From: Prorocentrum cordatum
Lineage: Eukaryota
Reading direction: 5' to 3'
DNA: 55,784 nucleotides
Assembly (NCBI GenBank): GCA_963575745.1
Contig: CAUYUJ010000132.1
Location: forward strand, 62,001-117,784
The notes beneath the pieces are model-generated. The model worked only from the letters and a program-made list of their open reading frames with translations. It searched no databases and was not told the origin of the DNA. How positions within the stretch are numbered: the stretch's first letter is position 1; every line of letters begins with the position of its first letter. Below, piece after piece: positions 1 through 12,165 of this stretch. A program made the translations under genes and the position numbers.

Positions 1-76
1 GAGGAGGAGGGAGGAGGAGGAGGGGGAGGGGGAGGGAGGAGGGGGCTTGTTATCGAAGAAGAGAAAAACGCCACAG

Positions 77-211
77 ACATAAACTTTCGGCGGCGCTCCG
101 CGCGGAGTTCTTGGATCTGCGCTGGGACCCCCCGGCGGCGCCTCGGCGCCGCCCCCGGCGGGGGTCTGGCACAGATCCAAAAAGTCCACGCGGAGCGCCA
201 AAAGTTTATGT
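77..211. mobile_element. Foldback MITE-like palindrome
   Basis: ACATAAACTTT..GGCGCTCCGCG..TTGGATCTG at the left mirrors CAGATCCAA..CGCGGAGCGCCAAAAGTTTATGT at the right. Confidence 0.7.
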
Positions 212-342
212 TCATGGCGCTTGTCCTTCTCCTGGGCCTGGAGGGCCCTTGGACCAGGGCTGGCGCCACACGGAGCTTTGGCGATGTCGTGGGCCGTTTC
301 GGTTTTCCGCAGCAACAAGGCAGAAGGACGAACGCACAACCA

Positions 343-494
343 GGGGGCCACGTGCGAACCCTACCCCTACCCACCGCGACTTCTGAGTGGGGCGGGTGGG
401 GTTCACTTCGTTCGGGAGCTCCCGAGCGAAGGGAACCCCACCCTCCCCCTCAGAGATCGCGGTGGGTAGGGGTAGGGCTCGCACGTGGCCCCCC
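343..494. mobile_element. ~150-bp near-perfect palindrome (foldback MITE-like)
   Basis: GGGGGCCACGTGCGAACCCTACCCCTACCCACCGCGA...TCGCGGTGGGTAGGGGTAGGGCTCGCACGTGGCCCCC, centred on GGGAGCTCCC (414-423). Confidence 0.85.
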
Positions 495-660
495 AATAAC
501 GGAGACAGAGCGAGGGAGAAAGAAAACAAAGCGAAAGCGAACAGCAGTGTTTGGCTCGAGCCCTGTCCTGGACCTCCTCGCGCCGTGGCAGAGACCACGA
601 CGGCAGGCTTCTGGCCGATCCCGGCGGGGAGCACGGCGCGAGGAGGAGGTTTGTCAGGAG

Positions 661-811
661 GGGAAAAAACACAGGCACAATGAATCGTCGATTCCCCAGA
701 AAATATGGGAAAATATGGGCAGTGGGGGGGAAGACAGAAACCCCGAAAAAAAGGGGGAAATATGGGGAATCCTGTTATTTGTGTATTTTTGTTGTGTGTC
801 CCAGGGCCTTC
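661..811 (+). repeat. ~155-bp dispersed repeat, copy 1 (others at 1895-2054 and, interrupted, 13443-13499 plus 14502-14603)
   Basis: Shared ACACAG(A/G)CACAA..CGTCG..CCCAG..TGGGAA..TGGGGAATCC..TTGTGTGTCCCAGG..CTTCA. Confidence 0.85.
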
Positions 812-1115
812 AGTTTGGAGGAGTCCCGGACCCTCTCGCGTCGTGGCAGAACTCGCGGCGGAAGGCTTCTGGCCGATCTCGGCGAGGAGGACGGGGCGAG
901 GAGGGGGTCGACGAGGAAGCGCGGCGTGAGCAGAACCTCTCCGGGGTCGCGCGGATCTCTTGGACCTGCGCGGGAGCCCCCTCCTCGGCGCGCGGAGCGC
1001 GCCAGGGGCGGCGCCCCTGGCGCCGCCCAGGGGTGGGCCGATCTGAGAAATCCTCGCGGATCTTCGCGCGGTGCCCGAGGAATCCGCGCGGACCTCCGAG
1101 TTTTTATGTCTACGT

Positions 1116-1288
1116 TCAAGTCGGGCCCGTCCCTCTGCGGGGAGGAGTGTGCCAACATGGTGCAGAAAAAATATGGCCCGGGGGCGGTTCTGCGGAGCGC
1201 TTCTTGGACCGTCTTGGGGGGGGTATGCTTGGACCGTGCTGACGCTCCTCGCCCAGGCTCCCCCTGTCGGAGGACAGGCCCGACTTCA
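1116..1288. mobile_element. Older 173-bp MITE of the same TIR family as 31373-32190
   Basis: Left end TCAAGTCGGGCCCGTCCCTCTGCGGGG, right end CCCCTGTCGGAGGACAGGCCCGACTTCA. Decayed 8-bp TSD gtctacgt / gtctgcgc (6 of 8 match). Confidence 0.7.
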
Positions 1289-2994
1289 GTCTGCGCCCCT
1301 CCTCCTCCTCCTCCTCCTCCTCCTCCTCTTCCTCCTCCTCCTCCTCCTCCTCCTCCGTTCCCCTGGACGTGGCCCCGCCCCCCGTGGATGGCACGGGGGG
1401 CGGCGCCGGAGGCGCCGGCGCCGCCCGGGGGCGGGGGGCCCGTCGCCGACCACCTGGGGCGCGGGCTGTCCGGCGGTGCGCGCTCGTGCCGCCATCGTGC
1501 TCGGGTGTTGCCAGAGAGGTGCCCCAGATTTCGTAAGAAAGGGAGGGGGGGTCTCGTTTCGGGGGGGGGGGTCTCTTCCAGGCCATCTTGGAGGGCCTGG
1601 GGGGTCTGGGGGCGATGTTTTGGAGGGTTCTCCCACGGGGGGGGGGTCTGAAATGGCTTGTCTTGGAGGGTCCAGACCCCCTCCCTTTTCCTACGAACTC
1701 TGGAGTACCCCTGGCCCTGGGTCCCCCCCAGGACTCTCGGGGTGGCCCAGGGGCGGCCTCCGGGGCCCCCCTCGCGAGGCCCAGGGGGGGCCCCCTAGGG
1801 GCTCCAGAGTGGAGCGAGAAGCTGCGGGCGCCTGGTGCCAGGAGCACTTCTGGCAGCACCCGATCGTGGAGGGCCGTTCCCGTGCAGCAGGAGGGGGGGG
1901 CAAAAGCACACAGACACAACGCGTCGTCGGCTCCCAGGGAGATGTGGGAAGATATGGGGAATGGGGGGGAGGACGAAGACCCAGAACAGATGGGACAGCT
2001 GTGGGGAATCCCGTTAGCTGTGTCCAGTTATTTGTGTGTCCCAGGTCCCCTTCAGTGCAGGCGGACCGAGAGGAGGAGCAACAGGAGGACGAGAGAGAGA
2101 GAGAGAGGGGAGGAGCAGGAGGACGAAAGGGAGGGGAAGGAGTCAGGGGGAGATGCAGACGTGACGGAGGATGGTGGGGAAGTGGAGGGAGAGGGTCGCC
2201 AACACAGCCGACGTGCCCCAAGGGAGCCCTGGAGGGGGGGTTCTCTCGGGGGCCTCGGAGGCATCGGTGGCCTCCTGGTCACGGTCGCTCGTGCTCGCGC
2301 TGCTCCGTTGGCAGTCCCCCGTCCGCCTGCTCGTACAGTCGGATCGCGGTCTGAGGTTGAGGTCGGTTCGGGGAGGCTACCCTCGTGTTCTTCGTGCTCA
2401 TTGGATGTTCTTGTGCATCCTTGGGAGGGAACCCGCAGATGTTCTGTCCGTTTTGGCCGGTGGAGGGTATCATGTTCTTGGGGGATGCTATTCCGGCCTG
2501 GGTCTGGCTGCAGTTGCGTGCTTTCCGACCCCGACGCAAGCCTCCGGCTCGGTTTTGGAGGTCGCCGAGGCAATCGCGGCGGCCCGAAATCGGGGCAGAG
2601 GTTCCGTAAAGGAGTGGCATGCCCCTTCCCAGCCCCCCCCCCCTCTTTGCGATGTAGACGCGGCTTATAATTAACAGTATAGCGACAGACCCCTGTCATT
2701 TCATGTCCAACATGGGCAGTCATGTTTTTCCCTGACTTGCACTTAGGATACCTTGCTTCTGGTCTAAGGAACTGGGCCTGGGTGTCGGTCTGGAGGCTCC
2801 ATGATCTTCGTCGCCACTCCGTCGCCGCCTCGTCGCCGTCCGTCGTCTGGGCCTGGGTGGCGGTCTGCCGGCTCCGTACTCGCCGTCGCCGCCCCGCCGC
2901 CACCTCGTCGCCGCCCGTCGTTTGGGCCCGGGTGGCGGTCTGGCGGCTCCGAACTCGCCGTCGCCGCCCCGTCGCCGCCCCGTCGCCGCCTAGA

Positions 2995-3985
2995 TTGTAC
3001 AACATAGATTGCACCACATAGATTTCACAACATAGATTGCACCACTCACAGGTTGCGCCACATAGATTGCACTACGTCGACTGCACCACATCGATTGAAC
3101 CACATTGATTTCACAGCATGTATTGCACCACACAGGTTGCGCCACGTCGGCTGCACCACATAGGTTCACAACATAGATTGCACCACACATATTGCACCAC
3201 ATGTATTGCACTACAAAGATGGCTCCAGAAATATTCCACAACATCATATGTTAGCCAGCGCGGATCCCAAGCCTTTCGTTTGTACCAACATATGTTGTGC
3301 GACCTATGTGGAGCAATGTAGGTGGCGCAACATAGGTGGCGCAATCTAGGTGGTACAATGTATGCGGTTCAATGTATGTGATACTATTAGATTATCAGCC
3401 AGGGTTGACTCCAAATAGAGTAGAGCACTCAAATCAAGGAATCAGAGGAATCCAACATGCGTGGAATCCGCAACTCAGCAAGCAAGCAAGCGTGCAAGCA
3501 AGCGCGCAAGCAAGCAAACAAGCACGCAAGCAGGCAAGCAGGCGTGCATGGGCGCAAGCAAGCAAGCAAGCAAGCAGGTATAGGCATAGGCGTAGGCATA
3601 GGATTTAGGGGGGAGGCATAGGCAGAGGCATAGCAATAGCCATAGGAATCAGGCGGGGCGCATAGGAATTTGGGGTGGGGAGGGGCAACGGACCAATTAG
3701 TAGGGTTTGAGCTAGGTCTCCTTTAGGGCAAGCTTATTTGTAGAACATTGTGCGACCTATGTTGTCCAATACAGATTGTGCAATGCATGCTGTGCGATAT
3801 TCGTTGTGCAATATGTGCGATGCACTCTACGTGTTGTGTGCAATATTGCTCGTGCGATCTGTGCTGTGCAATCTGTGCGGTGTACGCCGGGTGGTGCAAT
3901 CTAGGCTGTGCCATCCAGGTGAGGCAGTCTACGTGGTGCGATCTGTGTGGTGTACTTCATGTTGTGCAATCCATGTGGTACAGTG
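2995..3985. repeat. CATAGATTGCACCACA-type short-period repeat family in both orientations, with an intervening (GCAA)n-containing segment; also at 4535-4620 and 48740-48860
   Basis: Many degenerate copies of CATAGATTGCACCA and its reverse complement, adjoining CGCCGTCGCCGCCC-rich ~55-bp repeats. Confidence 0.8.
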
Positions 3986-5546
3986 ATGCGAGGCCGCGAC
4001 GAGGCGGCGACAGCGCGGCGACTGTGGCTACAGATCCTCCAGACCGACCTCCAGGTCCAGACGACGGGCGGCGGCAGAGGCGGCGGCAGAGCGGCGCCGG
4101 CGGCTACACTTTTTTTTTTTTTTTGTTTTTTTTTTTTTTTTACAAGCGCAAGCGGGCCCCGTGGCGAAACGCAAGCGGCGCCGGCGGCTACACAGCCGCT
4201 AGGACCGATCTTCGGGCCCGGACGACGAGCGGCGACGAGTCGCCGGCGGGGCGGCTACGGCGGCTACAGAGCCTAAAACGACGCGAAGATCGGGACAAAA
4301 TCGGATCGGGATAACTCGAAATCTCTGAGAATCGGCGGGTTTGGAGGATGTATTGGGCGCCGCGGCCGCTCCAGAGCGTTCCGGAACGCTCTGAGAGCGC
4401 TCCGGAACGCTCTGGAGCGATTTATCCCGATCCTAGCCCTGTTTTAGAGCCGTTTTACCGACTTTCGGGCCTAGTTCCAGAAGTATGACCTACTAAGTGC
4501 AAGCACTGTTCTGGGAATTCTGAGCAGCACGTATTGCGCAACCCAGGTCGCACAGCATCTATTGCACCACGTACGTTGCACCACTTGTGAACTGCCCTCC
4601 ACCTAGATTGCGCCACACACATCAGTAGAAACACACCTCTTTGGGGTCCATGCTGGTGCACCTCTTTGATTCGATGTCAACTACCACGCAACCTGCACAA
4701 GAGAGCGCGCGTACGCTCGTGGGCGGCATCCCTCTTCAAGGGCAGGGTCGAAGCCTTCGAGCCCTTCTGAGAAGGCAGTCCAGAGCACCTCCACGGGGGC
4801 CCCTCCGTGCCTCGCGGGAGGGAGGAGGAGGAGGAGGAGGACTCAATGCGCAGGAGGGTCGGGAGAAACACGAGGAGGAGGAGGAAGAGGAGGAGGAGGA
4901 TGAATGGGAGGAAGGAGGAGGAGGAGGAGGAGGAGGAGGAGGAGGAGGAGGAGGAGGAGGAGGAGGAGGAGGAGGAGGAGGAGGAGGAGGAGGAGGAGGA
5001 GGAGGAGGAGGAAGAGGAGGAGGGGGAGGAGGAGGGGGATGAGGAGGAGGAGGAGAAAGAGGAGGAGGAGGCGGAGGAGAACGAGTCGGAAGAGGAGGAG
5101 GAAGAGGAGGAGGATGAGTAATTTGAATAATGATAACAATAAGAATGCGACGAATGGGAATAGTTAAAAGACTGAGAATGCTCATACTCATAATCATAAT
5201 AACAACCATAGTAATATCAACAATAATCATACTAAACCTAAGAATGCTAATGCAAATAACATTTGCAATGAACAGTATATTGCACATACTACTAAAGCTA
5301 ATACGCATAATAATCACACTCATACTAATGAGAGAACGACTGCTACTAGTTCTAAGAAGACGAGTGCTGAGGCACAACATGCACATACTAAGACTACTAA
5401 TAAGAACATTCATAATCAAACGAATAATAAAAGTGGTAGCAAGTATGAGACTACTACGGATGATTCGAATGAGAATAATTATGTGAATAATATTAGTCAA
5501 CAGTAATACTTCGAAAAGTAATGGTAATGCGAATGCTACAATTTTT

Positions 5547-6674
5547 CCCTACCTAGGCTCTGCCTAGAAGGGTTCTTACTCGCTTGGCTTAAAGGGGCCG
5601 GCCAATGCAAACCGCCCAGGGCGGTTCCCCCAGTCCCCTGGGAGCCAAGCAAAAGCAACAGCAAAGGTAAAAGCAAACGCGCGTTTCCCCCAGTTGCGCT
5701 CCCTGGGTGCCAAGCAAAAGCAAAAGCAAAGGCAAAAGTGAAGGCAAAAGCGAAGGCAAAGCAAAAGCATAGCATAGCATAGCATAGCATAGCGCAGCAT
5801 AACATAGCGCAGCATAGCAAAGCATAGCATAGCATAGCATAACCTAGCCTAGCCTAGCCTAGCCTAGCCTAGCCCAGCATAGCATTGCACAGCATAGCAT
5901 AGCATAGCAAAGCATAGTATAGCATAGCATAGCGCAGCACAGCATCCACTACTGCTGCTGCTATATATATATGTTGCTACACCCTTGCTCAACCTTGCTA
6001 CAACTCTGCTCGTAGGAACGTTCGGTGTAGCAAGTGTTGCACAACCTTGCTCAATGCCAAGTCGTGCGGTGTAGGCCGGATCCGGAGCATTCTCAAGCAC
6101 ACCCGGTGAGCGAATGCAAGAACATGCGTGCGTGTGTGTCTGTGCGCAGGCAAAGCAAAAGCAACACCAAACAAAAACAACAACAGCAAAACAAAAACAA
6201 CAGCAAAGCAACAGCAAAAGCAAAAGCAAAGGCAAAGGCAAAAGCAAGGGCAAGAGCAAAAGCAAAGGCAATGTACAACAAAAGCAAAACCAATGCGAAA
6301 GTGTAGATGTAGATGTAGATGTAGGTGTAGGTGTAGATGTGGATTTAGGTGTAGGTGTAGATGTAGATGTAGATGTAGGTGTAGATGTACATGTAGATGT
6401 GAGTCTCGCTGTTGATGTAGATGAATATGTAGACGCATGTGTAGATCTAGATGTAGCTGTAGGTGTAGATGTAGATGTAGGTCTAGATGTAGATGTAGGT
6501 GTAGATGCAGGTGTAGATATAGATGTAGATGTAAAGAACTCCCCAGTGCCCCGCCCTCATCTCCGTGCCTGCTTGCTTTTGCTGCTGTCTCGGCGACTTG
6601 CTGCCTGCTTCTGTTGCTGCTTCGCTTACGGCGTGGCGTCGGCGGTTCTGGCGCTACTACTACTACTACTACTA

Positions 6675-6715
<41 letters not shown>

Positions 6716-6716
6716 G

Positions 6717-6761
<45 letters not shown>

Positions 6762-6846
6762 TTATTACTACTGCTACTATTTTTATTATTGCTACTACTA
6801 CTACTACTGCTACTGCTACTACTGCTACTGCTACTACTACTACTAT

Positions 6847-6925
<79 letters not shown>

Positions 6926-7081
6926 GCTACTGTTACTATTACTATTACTAGTACTACTACTAGTACTACTACTGCTACTGCTACAACTACGACGATGAGG
7001 AAAAGGAGGAGGACGGCGGTTACCGCTCCTATTAATTTTGCTTTCCTAGAGGCTCCAACTCCGAGGTAGGGTCGCAGTGGG
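5547..7081. mobile_element. Microsatellite-laden non-autonomous element, copy A (CCCTACC...GAGGTAGGGTCGCAGTGGG)
   Basis: Both ends and the first ~420 bp are homologous to 31538-32141. It carries (GCAAAA)n, (AGCAT)n, (AGCCT)n, (GTAGAT)n and (TAC)n, and sits inside an AT-rich (ATA)-type tract that continues on both sides. Confidence 0.85.
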
Positions 7082-7506
7082 ATAATTAATATTGTTTTCC
7101 TAAACAGTAAGTATGATACTAATAAGAAGTTTTATAATAATCATAAGAATAATCATCATATTAATAAGGATAATGCGATTAAGAATAATAACAAGAATAA
7201 TAATAATCATCATACTAGTAATAATATTAATAATAATACTAGTAATAATAATAAGAAATATAATAATACGAATAATCATAATAAGAAAAGAAGAATCATA
7301 TCAATACTAATCAGAAGAATAATAAGAAGAGGAGGAGGAGGAGGAGGAGGAGGAGGAGGAGGAGGAGGAGGGAGGAAGAGGAGGAGGAGGAGGAGGAGGA
7401 GGAGGAGGGGGAGGAGGAGGGGGAGCGGCCGTGCTCGGCGTGGGTGTGGCGCTGGCGTCCCCCGACCCGGGGCCGCCGGTTCCCCCCCCCTTCTCGGCCT
7501 GCCCAG

Positions 7507-7602
7507 GGCGCAGACGGCCAGGGGCCGTGCGGCGTGGACCGCGCCGCCGACTGCTCCGAGCACGTCGTGTTCTACGACTTCTCGGTGGCCGACTACGGCA
7601 AG
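7507..7602 (+). CDS. Internal exon (GADGQGPCGVDRAADCSEHVVFYDFSVADYGK), probably the C-terminal end of a GH7-like glycoside hydrolase domain
   Basis: 96 nt, phase 0, acceptor cccag|G and donor AAG|gc. Nearly all codons end in G/C and the peptide is complex, in contrast to the low-complexity flanks. It resembles from memory the 'G.DG.GPC..D....C...V.FY.FSV' tail of dinoflagellate GH7-like proteins. The family call is an inference and was not searched. Confidence 0.75.
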
Positions 7603-8585
7603 GCCCGCCGCGCCGCCCGAGCAGGGCCCGTCTCGGTGCCTCCGGTCGGATTCGATGCGGCTTGGATGGCGTTCGGTTCCGGTTCGATTCGATGTAAGGT
7701 TTGGGTCTTGGCTCGTGATGTCCGCCCTTGCTCGCCCGTGCTGTTGCGCAAACCACGAGGCGTGACCAGCGCTAGCCCCCAGCGGCTTTTTTGGCAGAAT
7801 GTCCGTGGGTAGACAGGTGCATCGTAGGAACGCTTTCCATCTTGTTTCGATTCGGTGTGGGCCGCACTTTCAAGATTTGGGTTCCGATTCCTTCACGGAT
7901 GCCTAGTAGCCTGCCGATGTCCACCGATTCGGCTTCTCTCGACTTTGTTGCCGAGTTCCACCGATCCGATTCATGACGATCGCCGATCCGACTGATCGAT
8001 TCGATTCTGGACTCTCCTGCCCGCGCCGGGGTCCACCGCCAGGGCACATGGTCGGCGTTGCAAGTATAGCGTGCGATGTTGCGCCGCCAGCCCGCTGAAT
8101 ACACGTCATCCCCCACCTTGGGGATCACGTGCACTGACGAGGCTCTGGCACAGGGACAGCGTGCACCGACGAGGCCCTCGCAGCCTCGCAGGGGGATCGC
8201 GTGCGCAGAAGGAGCCCTCGCAACGAGATCGCCTCACAGGGATACCGTGCTTTTCGGAGATCGATGTTGTACGCTATCTTTGCCACGCCAGCCGTTAGGC
8301 GCGCCACGAGGGGCCCTCCTGGCAGGCCCTGGAGGCCGCTGCATTTGTGCGACGAGGAGGTGCGAAAAAGCCCGGGGCCCGAGGCTGCCCCCCGGCGGCC
8401 AGACACACGGCAACACACCCGAGGCTCGACCTTGTCGACCCTCGGGAGTTTTGGCTCCTGCGCCCGCGCGCCCGCGCAGCTCGGTAGGAGTCGCGTTCGC
8501 TGGCGGAGGAGGAGGAGGAGGAGGAGGAGGAGGAGGAGGAGGAGGAGGAGGAGGAGGAGGAGGAGGAGGAGGAGGAGGAGGAGGA

Positions 8586-9209
8586 CAAGCTAGGTGCGCT
8601 CGCGTCATATCTGACGTCCTACCCCTCCCTCCCATCCCTTACCATGGCGCTGATTTTCTCTATCCGCGGACGCGTGTCGTAGCGGACCTGTGGCTCCGCG
8701 CGCGCGTGCGTAGTGGGTGGTGGTGCGTGCGTGCGTGCGTGCGTGCGTGCGTGTGTGGTTGTGGTGGTGGTGGTGGTGGTGGTGGTGGTGGTGGTGGTGG
8801 TGGTGGTGGTGGTGATGGTGGTGCTGGTGGTGGTGGTGGTGGTGGTGGTGGTGGTGGTGGTGGTGGTGGTGGTGGTGGTGGTGGTGGTGGTGGTGGTGCG
8901 GCGCGGTGGTGGCGGGCGGATGGGCGCGCGAGAAAGAGGCCCGCGCTGGGGCGAGAACGCCATCCTGAACGACGGAGGCCAAACACCGATCCGAAAATGA
9001 GGCCCACGCTGCAGCGGGAGCACGATTCGGAACGATTCGGGAGCAGAAATGAGGCCGGCGCCTCAGCGAGAGCAGCATTTTGAAAAAAACGCAAGCGAAA
9101 ACCCGTTTCCCGGGAATCCTGTGTGTAAAAAACAATACGCGGGGGGGTGTCGGATATCTTCGGGACGCCATCAGGGGAAGTGGGAGAGTATTTTCATATT
9201 GTGTAATTG
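8586..9209 (+). mobile_element. Dispersed element (CAAGCTAGGTGCGC...CATATTGTGTAATTG) inserted in a (GGA)n tract
   Basis: Both ends are homologous to the inverted copy at 52285-52949, and (GGA)n resumes on both sides. Confidence 0.75.
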
Positions 9210-9210
9210 T

Positions 9211-9531
9211 GGAGGAGGAGGAGGAGGAGGAGGAGGAGGAGGAGGAGGAGGAGGAGGAGGAGGAGGAGGAGGAGGAGGAGGAGGAGGAGGAGGAGGAGGA
9301 GGAGGAGGAGGAGGAGGAGGAGGAGGAGGAGGAGGAGGAGGAGGAGGAGGAGGAGGAGGAGGAGGAGGAGGAGGAGGAGGAGGAGGAGGAGGAGGAGGAG
9401 GAGGAGGAGGAGGAGGAGGAGGAGGAGGAGGAGGAGGAGGAGGAGAGGAGGAGGAGGAGGAGGAGGAGAGGAGGAGGAGGAGGAGGAGGAGGAGGAGGAG
9501 GAGGAGGAGGAGGAGGAGGAGGAGGAGGAGG
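9211..9531. repeat. (GGA)n microsatellite, the longest of many GGA/CCT tracts (e.g. 4875-5115, 8504-8585, 10834-10930, 33510-33680, 55040-55575)
   Basis: Direct inspection. These tracts produce the poly-E/G/R/P/L/S pseudo-ORFs. Confidence 0.98.
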
Positions 9532-9648
9532 AAGGCGTTCGAGCGGGGGCCTCCATCCGACAACACGCACCCATAGTCCCCTCCATCCCCGCCCATGGGT
9601 ACGGGTATGGGCGTGTGCGTGCGTATGTGTGTGTGGTGTGTGTGTGTA

Positions 9649-9688
<40 letters not shown>

Positions 9689-12001
9689 AGAGAGTGTGCG
9701 CATGAGTTGTTCGTTCGCCAGCTTTGCCATCTCGTGTAAGGTCGGTCTCATCTCCGCCGCCCGCCTGCGCTCCGCCCCCCGCCCCGCGCCACCCCGCGCC
9801 GCCCCCGAGCGCGCAGAGGACCCTCCGGCGGCGACCCCGGCGACGCCCTCGACGCCATCCGCGGGCACGGCGGGCTCCCCGCGGCGCCATGCGTTTTTTT
9901 GTCGGGGTGGAGGGCAGCGGTTGACGAACGGGCAACACACACACAGATACACACCCATACCTACAGTGTAGGTCGGAGGGAGGAGGGGCTTGCCATGGGC
10001 ATGGGTGCACACACAGATACACACCCATACCTACAGGGTAGGTCGGAGGGCGGATGGGCTGGCCATGGGCATGGGTGCGGGCTGTCGGACCCCGAGGTAT
10101 GCTCCCGTTCGAGCGGGGACCCCCATCCGACAACACGCACCCATAGCCCCCTCCTTTCCCTCCCCCCTCCCTGTGTGTTGTTCGTTCGTCAGTAATAGCA
10201 GAAACATCACCGCATAGCTACTGCAGAGCAGCTGCCTTCGGCATAGCGCAGATGTCTTGCGCTGCGCCAGGAGCAGCGGTTCAGTACGAATTCCGTCAGC
10301 TCCTTTTGGATCTCCAGGCGTGTGAGATGTTGCCTCTCCCCACCCCCCCAGGGGGAAGGGAGAGTGGGAGGCGGAGGAGGAGGAGGAGGAGGAGGAGGAG
10401 GAGGAGGAGGAGGAGCTGTGGAGCTGTGCATGAGCGACAACGAACGTCGCATCCCCGAAGGGAGCACTTAGGCGAATAAGTGCGACGGAACGGGACAAGG
10501 GCAAGTCGCCTGGCCCACTCGCGGCCGCCTTCCTTGAGGCGGTGTGCCGCTCCGGTGGTGCTGCGAGGAGGCGACTTTTTGAGCTTCCGGATGCTCCAAT
10601 CCTCGCCTCTGGAGCGACACAGGTCCTGATACCGCGGACCCCGCTGCGCCGACCCTGATCCTGCGGGCTGGCTACGCAGACCCAGGAGGGCAAACAAGTG
10701 CCACACCTGACATGAAAAAGAACGTGATGAGAGGGAGTCGAACCCTTCACCACGGAAAGAAACGGCCGCCTTCTTGTCTCCGCCGACTTGGGCCAGAACC
10801 CTGACAGTGTGCCCTCCGCTTAAGGTAGCGCCGGGAGGAGGAGGAGGAGGAGGAGGAGGAGGAGGAGGAGGAGGAGGAGGAGGAGGAGGAGGAGGAGGAG
10901 GAGGAGGAGGAGGAGGAGGAGGAGGAGGAGGGAGTGGGAGTGGGACGCTCGTTCGGGCGATCGCCCCAGCCTTCCAAGGGCGGAGCGGGGGAGGCCCCCC
11001 CGAGGTCGGAGCAAGTAGGGTGGGGGGGGAGAGTGGGGGTTGCGACGCTGTGGTCCTTCGGGGGCTCTCCAGAGGCCCTTCGGGGGCCTTCGGGGGGGCC
11101 CTTCTAGGAGGCCTTCTGGGGTCCTCCAGAGGCCTTCTGAACCTCTCGGGCGCTCTCCGGAGGCTCTCGGAGGCTCTCAGGGGCTTTCGGGGCCCCCTTC
11201 TGGGGCCCTTCTGGGGCCTACAGGCTGCCTCTGGGGGGCTTCCTCATGTCTTTGGAGCCTTCGGAGACGTCTGGGGGACTTCGGAAGCTTTCGGAGGCTC
11301 GCCGAGGCCTTCGGGAGTCTTCGGGGGTCTTCGGATGCTTTCGGAACTCTCGACCTCACTTTTCGGTGGCGCGTTTCGGCCAGGTCGATGTGTGAAGGCC
11401 GCAGGGGCCGAGTTAGCGCCCGAAAGGTCCGTCGGTCCGACGGATCATCGCCGCCGTTGTCGTCGTCGCCCTCGCCGTTGCCGCCGTCGCTCTCGCCACC
11501 TGCGGCGGCGGCGACGACGGCGACGACAATGGCAAGGACGGCTGCGGCGGTGGCGAGGGCAGCAGCGGCGACGACGGTGCTCTGGAGGCCTCAGGCGATT
11601 TCTGGAAGCCCACACTACAGGGGTCCAAACGCCCCCCCCACACACGCGACCCTCAACCCCCGCTGGTCGCGGGTCGCCGCCGTCGCCGTCGCCGTCGCCG
11701 CCTCGGGCGACCCTGGGCGCCGCCGTCGCCGTCGGAGCAAGCTCCGCTCAGCACGGCCTCCCCCCCAGAACCCCTCCCGTGGTCTATCCTGGCCAGCCTT
11801 CGGAGCCGCGTCCAGCCGTGGCGACGGGAACCTCTGGAGACGCCGCAAAGCTTCGAAACGGCGACGTCGTCTCCGCCCGTCGCCGTCGCCCGCGCCGCGG
11901 GCGTCGCCGTCGCCACCGACATGGGCGACGTCGCCGTGGGTGTGGGCGTGGGCGTGGGCATAGGCGTGGGCGTGGGTGTAAGCGTGTACGTGTGTCGTCG
12001 T

Positions 12002-12068
<67 letters not shown>

Positions 12069-12114
12069 TTCTTGGGAGTGGGCGTCGTCGTCGAGGAGCG
12101 CCCGCGGGCGGGAG

Positions 12115-12165
12115 GTGGCCAGCGACCCCTTCGACTGCGAGGCCGGGTACTCCAACTGGGAGGCG
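12115..12165 (+). CDS. Internal exon (VASDPFDCEAGYSNWE[A]), first half of a Cys/Trp-rich repeat
   Basis: Acceptor ggag|G; GC donor after GAG (12162) or GCG (12165). All codons end in G/C. FDCEAGYSNWE matches the 'F/YDCxAGxxNWxxGWSxxKKxWCC' repeat common in dinoflagellate secreted or membrane proteins, and is in phase with the 7507 exon. Confidence 0.8.

Noticed and set aside
544..560. Dinoflagellate spliced-leader relic (TTTGGCTCGAG versus ...TTTTGGCTCAAG)
   Set aside because: Only 10 of 11 nt match the 3' part, the upstream CCGTAGCCA is absent, and no coding sequence follows.
1807..1871. EWSEKLRA / AWCQEHFWQHPIVEG as an exon of the Cys/Trp repeat
   Set aside because: The W..WC resemblance needs a frameshift, lacks CC, and lies upstream of the catalytic-domain exon.
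4641..10136. Long poly-E/G/P/L/T/Y/R ORFs here and throughout the window
   Set aside because: Translations of trinucleotide and hexanucleotide microsatellites, open in several frames on both strands.
10556..10582. WCCEE motif
   Set aside because: No GW..KK context, an immediate stop codon, and the wrong position relative to the 12115 exon.
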